From Eledone cirrhosa (taxonomy: Eukaryota): 64,000 nucleotides of DNA. A program made the position numbers and the translations under genes. Where the stretch lies: NCBI GenBank assembly GCA_964016885.1, contig OZ024740.1, positions 9,052,001 through 9,116,000 of the forward strand, given 5' to 3'. A model generated the notes under the pieces. That model worked only from the letters and a program-made list of their open reading frames with translations, did not search any database and was not told the DNA's origin. This document shows positions 48,996-59,939 of the stretch, one piece after another; position 1 is the first letter of the stretch, and every line of letters begins with the position of its first letter.

Positions 48996-51900
48996 ATCAG
49001 TTTCGATTTGTATGTCAATTTCGATTGGTATGTCAGTTTCGATTGGTATATCAGATTCGACTGGTATATCATTTATATTGCTATATCAGTTTCTATTGGT
49101 ATGTCAGTTTCAATTTGTATGTCAGTTTCTATTCGTATATAAGTTTCGATTGGTATCTCAGTTTCTATTGGTATGTAAGTTTCTATTGGTATATCAGTTT
49201 CGATTGATATGTCAGTTTCGATTTTTATATCAGTTTCGATTGGTATGTCAGTTTCGATTGGTATATCAGTTTCTATTGGTATATCAGTTTCGATTGGTAT
49301 GTCAGTTCCTATTGCTATGTCAGTTTAGATTGGTATGTCAGTTTCAATTGGTATATCAGTTTCAATTGGTATATCAGTTTCGAATGGTATTTCAATCTCG
49401 ATTGGTATGTCTTTTTCGATTGGTATATCAGTTTCGATTAGTATGTCAGTTTCTATTGGTATATCAGTTTTGATTGGTATATCAGTTTCCATTGGTATGT
49501 TAGTTTCTATTGGTATGTCAGTTTCGATTAGTATATCAGTTTCTATTGGTATGTCAGTTTCGATTGGTATGTTAGTCCTCTATTTGTATGTCAGTTTCTA
49601 TTGGTATATCAGTTTCGATTGGTATGTTTGTTTCGATTAGTATATCAGTTTCTATCTGCATGTTAGTTTCTATTGGTATATCAATTTCTATTGCTATATC
49701 AGTTTCTATTGGTATGTCAGTTTCAATTGGTATGTCAGTTTCTATTGGTATATCAGTTTCGATTGGTATGTCAGTTTCTATTGGTATGTCAGTTTCAATT
49801 GGTATGTTAGTTTCTATTGGTATATCAGTTTCGATTGGTATGTCAGTTTCTATTAGTATATTAGTTTCTATTGGTATATCAGTTTCAATTGGTATATCAG
49901 TTTCTATTGGTATATCAGTTTCGATTGGTATGTCAGTTTCGATTGGTATGTCAGTTTTGATTGCTACGTCAGTTTCGATTGGTATATCAGTTTCGATTGG
50001 TATATCAGTTTTGAATGGTATTTCAATCCCGATTGGTATGTTAGTTTCTATTGGTATGTCAGTTTCGATTAGTATATCAGCTTCTATTGGTATGTCAGTT
50101 CCGAATGGTATGTTAGTCCTCGATTTGTATGTTAGTTTCTATTGGTATATCAGTTTCGATTGGTATGTCAGTTTCAATTAGGATATCAGTTTCCATTGGT
50201 ATATCAGTTTCTATTGGTATATCAGTTTTGATTGGTATGTCAGTTTCTATTGTTATATCAGTTGCGATTGGTATGTCAGTTTCTATTGGTATGTCAGTTT
50301 TGATTGGTATATCAGTATCGAATGGTATTTCAATCTCGATTGGTATGTCAGTTTCGATTGGTATATCAATTTCGATTGGTATATCAGTTTCGATAGGTAT
50401 GTTAGTTTCTATTGGTATGTCAGTTTCGATTAGCATATCAGTTTCTATTGGTATGTCAGTTTCGATTGGTATGTTAGTCCTCTATTTGTTTGTCAGTTTC
50501 TATTGGTATATCAGTTTCGATTGGTATGTCAGTTTCGATTAGTATATCAGTTTCTATCTGTATGTCAGTTTCTATTGGTATGTCAGTTTCAATTGGTATG
50601 TTAGTTTCTATTGGTATATCAGTTTCGATTGGTATGTGAGTTTCTATTAGTATATCGGTTTCGAATAGTATGTCAGTTTCGATTACTATATTAGTTTGTA
50701 TTGGTATATCAGTTTCGATTGGTATATCAGTTTCGATTGGTACGTCAGTTTTGATTGGTATATCAGTTTCTATTGGTATATCAGTTTCGATTGGTTTGTC
50801 AGTTTCGATTGGTATGTCAGTTTCTATTGGTATGTCAGTTTCGATTGGTATATCAGTTTCTATTGGTATGTCAGTCTCTATTGGTATATCAGTTTCGATT
50901 GGTATATCAGTTTCTATTGGTATATCAGTTTCGATTGGTATGTCAGTTTCGATTGCTATGTCAGTTTCGATTGGTATGTCAGTTTCGATTAGTATATCAG
51001 TTTCTATCTGTATGTCAGTTTCTATTGGTATGTCAGTTTCAATTGGTATGTTAGTTTCTATTGGTATATCAGTTTCGATTGGTATGTGAGTTTCTATTAG
51101 TATATCGGTTTCGAATAGTATGTCAGTTTCGATTACTATATTAGTTTGTATTGGTATATCAGTTTCGATTGGTATATCAGTTTCGATTGGTACGTCAGTT
51201 TTGATTGGTATATCAGTTTCTATTGGTATATCAGTTTCGATTGGTTTGTCAGTTTCGATTGGTATGTCAGTTTCTATTGGTATGTCAGTTTCGATTGGTA
51301 TATCAGTTTCTATTGGTATGTCAGTCTCTATTGGTATATCAGTTTCGATTGGTATATCAGTTTCTATTGGTATATCAGTTTCGATTGGTATGTCAGTTTC
51401 GATTGCTATGTCAGTTTCGATTGGTATGTCAGTTTCGATTAGTATATCAGTTTCTATCTGTATGTCAGTTTCTATTGGTATGTCAGTTTCAATTGGTATG
51501 TTAGTTTCTATTGGTATATCAGTTTCGATTGGTATGTCAGTTTCTATTAGTATATCGGTTTCGATTAGTATGTCAGTTTCGATTAGTATATTAGTTTCTA
51601 TTGGTATATCAGTTTATATTGGTATGTCAGTTTCAATTGGTATGTCAGTTTCTATTGGTACATCAGTTTCGATTGGTATGTCAGTTTCTATTGGTATATA
51701 AGTTTCAATTGGTATGTTAATTGCTATTGGTATATCAGTTTCGATTGGTATGTCAGTTTCGATTAGTATATTAGTTTCTATTGGTATATCAGTTTCGATT
51801 GGTTTGTCATTTTCTATTGGTATGTCAGTTCCGATTGGTATGTTAGTCCTCGATTTGTATGTCAGTTTCTATTGGTATATCAGTTTCGATTGGTATGTCA

Positions 51901-54900
51901 GTTTCAATTAGGATATCAGTTTCTATTGGTATATCAGTTTCTATTGGTATATCAGTTTCGATTGGTATATCAGATTCGACTGGTATGTCAGTTTCGATTG
52001 GTATGTCAGTTTCGATTGGTATATCAGTTTCGATTGGTATGTCAGTTTCGATTAGTATATCAGTTCCTATATGTGTCAGTTTCTATTGGTATATCAGTTT
52101 CGATTGGTATGTAAGTTTCTATTGGTATATCAGTTTCGATTGGTATGTCAGTTTCGATTAGTATATCAGTTTCTATTGGTACGTCAGTTTCTATTGGTAC
52201 GTCAGTATCTATTGGTATATCAGTTTCGATTGGTATATCAGTTTCGACTTGTATGTCAATTTCGAATAGTATGTCAGTTTCAATTGGTATATCAGATTCG
52301 ACTGGTATATCACTTTCTATTGCTATATCAGTTTCTATTGGTATGTCAGTTTCAATTTGTATGTCAGTTTCTATTGGTATATCAGTTTTGATTGGTATGT
52401 CAGTTTCTATTGGCATGTCAGTCTCTATTGGTATATCAGTTTCGATTGGTATGTAAGTTTCTATTGGTATATCAATTTCTATTGGTATATCAGTTTCGAT
52501 TGTTATGTCAGTTCCGATCGCTATGTCAGTTTAGATTGGTATGTCAGATTCAATTGGTATATCATTTTGAGTATGGTATTTCAATCTCGATTGGTATGTC
52601 TTTTTCGATTGGTATATCAGTATCGATTAGTATGTCAGTTTCTATTGGTATGTCAGTTTCGATTGGTATATCAGTTTCTATTGGTATGTCAGTCTCTATT
52701 GGTATGTTAGTTTCTATTGGTATGTCAGTTTCGATTAGAATATCAGTTTAGATTGGTATGTCAGTTTCTATTGGTATGTCCGTTTCGATTGGTATGTCAG
52801 TTTCGATTTGTATGTTTGTTTCGATTGCTATGTCAGTTTCGATTGGTATGTCAGTGTCGATTGGTATATCAGTTTTGAATGGTAATTCAATCTCGATTGG
52901 TATGTTAGTTTCTATTGGTATGTCAGTTTCGATTTGTATGTCAGTCCTCGATTTGTATGTCAGTTTCTATTGGTATATCAATTTCGATTGGTATATCAGT
53001 TTCTATTGCTATATCAGTTTCTATTGGTATATCAGTTTCGATTGGTATATCAGTTTCTATTGCTATATCAGTTTCTATTGGTATATCAGTTTCGATTGGT
53101 ATGTCAGTTTCTATTGGTATGTCAGTTTCGAGTATTATATCAGTTATTATTGGTATGTCAGTTTCGATTGGTATGTCAGTTTCGATTGTTATGTCAGTCT
53201 CTATTGGTATATCAGTTTCGATTGGTATGTCAGTTTCGATTAGTATATCAGTTCCTACAGGTGTCAGTTTCTATTGGTATATCAATTTCGATTGGTATGT
53301 AAGTTTCTATTGGTATATCAGTTTCGATTGGTATGTCAGTTTCTATTAGTATATTAGTTTCTATTGGTATGTCAGTCTCTATTGGTATATCAGTTTCTAT
53401 TGGTATGTCAGTTTCTATTGGTATATCAGTTTCCATTGGTATATCAGTTTCTATTGGTATGTCAGTTTCTATTGGTATATCAGTTTCTATTGGTATGTCA
53501 GTTACGATTGGTATGTCAGTTTCGATTAGTATATCAGTTTCTATCTGTATGTCAGTTTCAATTGGTATATCAGTTTCGATTGGTATATCAGTTTCGATTT
53601 GCATGTAGGTTTCTATTGGTATGTCAGTTTCGATTAGTATATCAGTTTATATTGGTATGTCAGTTTCGATTGGTATGTTTGTCCTCTATTTGTATGTCAG
53701 TTTCTATTGGTATATCAGTTTCGATTGGTATGTCAGTTTCGATTAGTATATCAGTTTCTATCTGTATGTCAGTTTCTATTTGTATATCAATTTCTATTGC
53801 TATATCACTTTCTATTGGTATGTCAGTTTCAATTGGTATGTCAGTTTCTATTGGTATATCAGTTTCGATTGGTATGTCAGTTTCTATTGGTATATCAGTT
53901 TCAATTGGTATGATAATTTCTATTGGTATATTAGTTTCTATTGGTATATCAGTTTCGATTGGTTTGTCATTTTCTATTGGTATGTCAGTTCCGATTGGTA
54001 CGTTAGTCCTCGATTTGTATGTCAGTTTCTATTGGTGTATCAGTTTCTATTCGTATATCAGTTGCGATTGGTATGTCAGTTTCAATTGGTATTTCAGTTT
54101 CGATTGTTATGTCAGTCTCTATTGGTATATCAGTTTCGATTGGTATGTCAGTTTCGATTAGTATATCAGTTCCTATAGGTGTCAGTTTCTATTGGTATAT
54201 CAGATTCGACTGGTATATCACTTTCTATTGCTATATCAGTTTCTATTGGTATGTCAGTTTCAATTTGTATGTCAGTTTCTATTGGTATATCAGTTTCGAT
54301 TGGTATGTCAGTTTCTATTGGTATGTCAGTTTCTATTAGTATATTAGTTTCTATTGGTATGTCAGTCTCTATTAGGTATATCAGTTTCGATTGGTATATC
54401 AGTTTCGATTGGTATATCAGTTTCTATTGGTATATCAGTTTCGATTGGTATGTCAGTTTCGATTGGTTTATCAGTTTCGATTGGTATATCAGTTTCGATT
54501 GGTATGTCAGTTTCGATTGGTATATCAGTTTCTACTGGAATATCAATTTCGATTGGTATATCACTTTCGATTGGTATATCAGTTTCGATTGGTATCTCAG
54601 TTTCTATTGGTATATCAGATGCGATTGGTATGTCAGTTTCGATTGGTATGTCAGTTTCGATTGTTATGTCAGTCTCTATTGGTATATCAATTTCGATTGG
54701 TATGTCAGTTTCGATTGGTATGTCAGTTTCGATTAGCATATCAGTTTCTATTGGTATGTCAGTTTCTATTGGTATATCACTTTCGATTGGCATATCAGTT
54801 TCTATTGGTATATCAGTTTCGATTGGTATGTCAGTTTGTATTGGTATATCAGTTGCGATTGGTATTCAGTTTCTATTGGTATGTCAGTTTCGATTATTAT

Positions 54901-56014
54901 ATCAGTTACTATTTGTATGTCAGTTTCTATTGGTATATCAGTTTCATTTGGTATGTAAGTCTCTATTGGTATATCAGTTTCGATTAGTATATCAGTTCCT
55001 ATAGGTGTCAGTTTCTATTGGTATATCAGTTTCGATTGGTATGTAAGTTTCTATTGGTATATCAGTTTCGATTGGTATGTCAGTTTCGATTAGTATATCA
55101 GTTTCTATTGGTACGTCAGTTTCTATTAGTATATCAGTTTCGATTGGTATATCAGTTTCGATTGGTATATCAATTTCTATTGCTATATCACTTTCTATTG
55201 GTATATCAGTTTCGTTTGGTATCTCAGTTTCTATTGGTATATCAGATGCGATTGGTATGTCAGTTTCGATTGGTATGTCAGTTTCGATTGTTATGTCAGT
55301 CTCTATTGGTATATCAGTTTCGATTGGTATGTCAGTTTCGATTGGAATATCAGTTTCTACTGGAATATCAATTTCGATTGGTATGTCAGTTTCGATTGGT
55401 ATGTCAGTTTCGATTAGCATATCAGTTTCTATTGGTATGTCAGTTTCTATTGGTATATCACTTTCGATTCGCATATCAGTTTCTATTGGTATATCAGTTT
55501 CGATTGGTATGTCAGTTTGTATTGGTATATCAGTTGCGATTGGTATTCAGTTTCTATTGGTATGTCAGTTTCGATTATTATATCAGTTACTATTTGTATG
55601 TCAGTTTCTATTGGTATATCAGTTTCATTTGGTATGTAAGTCTCTATTGGTATATCAGTTTCGATTGGTATGTCAGTCTCGATTAGTATATCAGTTTCTA
55701 TTGGTACGTCAGTTTCTATTAGTATATCAGTTTCGATTGGTATATCAGTTTCGATTTGTATGTCAATTTCGATTGGTATGTCAGTTTCGATTGGTATATC
55801 ATATTCGACTGGTATATCACTTTCTATTGCTATATCAATTTCTATTGGTATGTCAGTTTCTATTAGTATATCTGTTTCAATTGGTATGTCAGTTTCTATT
55901 GGTATGTCAGTTTCTACTAGTATATTAGTTTCTATTGGTATGTCTGTCTCTATTGGTATATCAGTTTCGATTGGTATGTCCGTTTCGATTGGTATATCAG
56001 TTTCTATTGGTATA

Positions 56015-57919
56015 TTCAAGCATGTTCTACAACGTGAGGACCAAAAACGTGAGGTGTTCAGGATTGCCAGGCAATGTGTCAAGGAAAACCGTGATATTGT
56101 CGGGGAGAAGTGTGTACTTAACGATGATGGCATACTTGCCATCACCGACGCTGATAAGAAGGTAGCTTGGAAGTGTCACTACGAAAGGCTTCTAAATGAG
56201 GAGAACAAATGGGAGAAAGACAGTCTCCCCCAGATCGATCCAATAGAGGGACCAGCAGTGTTAGTTGAAGGTTGTATAATAAGTAAGGCAATCAAAGATA
56301 TGAAGACGGGTAAGGCGGCTGGGCCTTCGGAAATAGTTGCTGAGATGCTGAAGGCATCTGGTTCGGTGGGACACACCATGGTCACCCGGATAGTTAACCA
56401 AGTCGTACAGAATGGGGTTGTTCCGAAGGACTGGCGTAGCAGCATCATCGTCAACTGCTATAAGGGAAAAGGAGATGACCTAGATAGGAGTAACTATAGA
56501 GGCATTAAATTAATCGACCAGGTCATGAAGGTCACGGAAAAAGTAATAGCGCAACTAATCAGAGAGAGAATTGATCTAGATGAAATGCAGTTCGGGTTTG
56601 TGTCAGGCAAAAGTACCACAGACGCTCTTTTCATTGTACGACAACTACAGGAGAAGTACCTAGCTAAAAGTAAACCCCTATACTTAGCTTTCGTCGACTT
56701 GGAGAAAGCCTTCGACAGAGTCCCCCGTTCCATTATCTGGTGGTCTCTTAGAAAACTAGGTGTTGACGAATGGCTTGTGAGAGCTATACAAGCCATGTAT
56801 AAAGAAACAGTCAGTAAGGTTAGAATTAACAACGAATATAGTGAAGAGTTTAGCGTAAAAGTTGGTGTCCATCAGGGCTCTGTTCTTAGCCCCCTACTAT
56901 TTATTATTGCCCTTCAGGCTATAACAGAGGAGTTCAAGACCGGCTGCCCATGGGAACTCCTATACGCAGATGATCTAACGCTCATAGCTGAATCAATGAC
57001 CGAACTAGAGAAGAAATTCCAAACGTGGAAGCACGGCCTAGTATCAAAAGGCCTTAAAATTAACCTGGCTAAGACTAAAGTTCTAGTTTGTAGGAAAGAA
57101 AATAAGGCGGCGGTCCCATCGGGGAAATGGCCATGCTCAGTGTGTAGGAAAGGCGTAGGTAGAAACTCCATTTTATGTCCCAAATGCAAAGTATGGGTGC
57201 ATAAAAGATGTAGTGGGATCACAGGTAAGCTAACTAAGAACATAGATTTTACATGTGGCCGGTGCTCTGGTGCAATAAGTAGCAGCAAGTGCCCACAAAA
57301 TACTAGCTCCTTCAACTGCGCAGAGGGTTCTATAGAAATAGTGGACAGCTTCCGTTATCTGGGTGACAAAATCAGCAGTGGGGGAGGGTGCTCTGAAAGT
57401 ACAGTAGCTAGAGTCAGAACTGGATGGAAAAAGTTCAGAGAGCTTATACCACTATTAGCCGCTAGAGGGTTCTCCCTAAAAATGAAAGGCAGGTTATACG
57501 ATGCCTGCATACGAACAGCAATGCTGCATGGCAGTGAGACCTGGGCATTGTGTGCAGAGGATATACGCAGACTAGAGAGGAACGAAGCTAGCATGCTCCG
57601 CTGGATGTGCAATAGTAATATACGTGAACGGCAAAGCATAAACAAACTAAGGAAAAAATTAGAAATAAGAGGGATCAGATGTTGTTTACTCGAGAGAAGG
57701 CTACGTTGGTACGGTCACGTGATGCGCATGAAAGACGACAGCTGTATAACAAAGTGCAGGGCAATAAAGATAGACGGTAGCCACGGAGTAGGCAGACCCA
57801 GAAAAACATGGGACGAGCTGATAAATTCCGACCTCACACGCTTACACCTCTCCAAGACAATGTCACTGGACCGAGACCTTTGGCGATACTCAGTAATAGA
57901 GAAGACCCGCCTTACCTAA
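56015..57919 (+). pseudogene. Uninterrupted endonuclease-less RT + PHD frame (family B), in frame with upstream satellite
   Basis: ORF track 55670-57919; LLYADD; WPCSVC...HKRC...CGRC at 57128-57265. Confidence 0.88.
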
Positions 57920-58432
57920 ATACAAAGTAAAAACCTACTACAGTCAGTAGGCATCTCTATCAAAACACACCCCCGCCCCACCACCTCCACCCCACCCACA
58001 CCGCCCCTTTCAATGTAAAGTTATGTTGGTCCCACAACATCCAGGCCGAAACAAATGAGATCGTGTAGGTGTCACGACAAAAAAACACACAGTCCACTCT
58101 GTAAATGTGGCCGTGTAGGCAACACGGTAAAAACCTCCCAGCCCCACACTGTAAATGTGGTTGGTGTTAGGAAGGGCATCCAGCTGTAGAAAACCCGCCA
58201 GACAGTCCACGCTGTAATGTGGCCGTGTAGGCAACACGGTAAAAACCTCCCAGCCCCACACTGTAAATGTGGTTGGTGTTAGGAAGGGCATCCAACTGTA
58301 GAAAACCCGCCAGACAGTCCTATGCGAGCAAGACAACCACTCTTGCCTCAAGTGGGAAAACCCCCGTCCAAACCCATGCAAGCGTGGAACACGGACGCTA
58401 AACCTGATGATGATGATGATGATGATGATGAT
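56015..58432 (+). mobile_element. RTE LINE family B, 5'-truncated, with a 113-bp duplication in the 3' UTR and a (GAT)n tail
   Basis: Starts after ggtatat with ttcaagcatg (FKHVLQRED). RT ends at 57919. Tail at 58405-58432. Confidence 0.93.
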
Positions 58433-58452
58433 ATTAGTTTCTATTGGTATGT

Positions 58453-59318
58453 ACTATTAGCTGCTAATGGGTTCTCCCTAAAAATGAAAGGCAGGTTGTA
58501 CGATGCCTGCATACGAACAGCAATGTTGCATGGCAGTGAGACCTGGGCATTGTGTGCAGAGGATATATGCAGAATAGAGAGGAACGAAGCTTGCATGCTC
58601 CGCTGGATGTGTAACAGTAATATACGTGAATGGCAAAGCATAAACGAACTAAGGAAAAAATTAGAAATAAGAGGGATCAGATGTTGTTTACTCGAGAGAA
58701 GGCTACGTTGGTATGGACACGTGATGCGCATGAAAGTCGATAGCTGTATAACAAAGTGCAGGGCAATAAAGATAGACGGTAGCCACGGAATAGGCAGACC
58801 TAGAAAAACCTGGGACGAGCTGATAAATTCCGACCTCACACACTTACACCTCTCCAAGACAATGTCACTGGACCGAGACCTTTGGCGGTACTCAGTAACA
58901 GAGAAGACCCGCCTTACTTAAATACATAGTAAAACCTACTCCAGCCAGTAGGCATCTCTAACAAAATACACCCCGTCCCACCACCACCCCCACCCCATCC
59001 ACACCACCCCGTTCTATGTAAAGTTATGTTGGTGCCGCGCCATCCAGGCCATAACAAATGAGATCGTGTAGGTGTCACGACAAAAAAACACACAGTCCAC
59101 GCTGTAATGTGGCCGTGTAGGCAACACGGTAAAAACCTCCCAGACCCACACTGTAAATGTGGTTGGTGTTAGGAAGGGCATCCAACTGTAGAAAACCTGC
59201 CAGACAGTCCTATGCGAGCAGGACAATCACTCTTGCCTCAAGTGGGACTACCCCCGTCCAAACCCATGCAAGTGTGGAACACGGACGTTAAACGTTGATG
59301 ATGATGATGATGATGATG
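58453..59318 (+). mobile_element. RTE LINE family B, short 5'-truncated copy inserted one satellite monomer after the previous element
   Basis: actattagctgct... matches 8786 onward. ORF remnant ends at 58921. The tail joins ATG|TCAG. Confidence 0.93.
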
Positions 59319-59939
59319 TCAGTTTCGATTGATATGTCAGTTTAGATTGGTATGTCAGTTTCGATTGGTATATCAGTTTCGAATGGTATTTCAATCTCGA
59401 TTGGTATGTCAGTTTCGATTGGTATATCAGTTTCGAATGGTATATCAGTTTCGATTGGTATGTCAGTTTCGATTGGTATATCAGTTTCTATTAGAATATC
59501 AGTTTCGATTGGTATGTCAGTTTCGATTAGTATATCAGTTTCTATTGGTATGTCAGTCTCTATTGGTATATCAGTTCCTATAGGTATGTCAGTTTCTATT
59601 GGTATATCAGTTTCGATTGGTATGTCAGTTTCTATTTGTATATCAGTTTCGATTGGTATGTCAGTCTAGATTAGTATATCTGTTTTGATTGGTATGTCAG
59701 TTTCGATTAGTATATCAGTTTCTACTGGTATATCAGTTTCGATTGGTATATCAGTTTCGATTGGTATGTTAATTTCGATTGGTATGTCAGTTTCGATTGT
59801 TATATCAGATTCGACTGGTATATCAGTTCCTATTGGTATATCAGTTTCTATTGGTATATCAGTTTCTATTGGTATGTCAGTTTCTATTAGTATATCAGTT
59901 TCTATTGGTATGCCAGTCTCTATTGGTATATCATTTTCG

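Larger units (their letters stand above)
23640..55240 (+). repeat. ~15.7-15.9 kb tandem segmental duplication (about 23640-39350 / 39350-55240), each unit carrying a full-length family C LINE
   Basis: ORF pairs 24874/40707, 28014/43948, 29965/45903, 34733/50670. Both copies have identical insertion junctions. Confidence 0.92.

Noticed and set aside
58400-58432. CTGATGA as a hammerhead ribozyme core
   Set aside because: It is simply the start of the tail; no matching stems or GAAA partner were seen. No convincing HDV-like fold was found by eye at element 5' ends either, though a covariance search is needed to exclude one.
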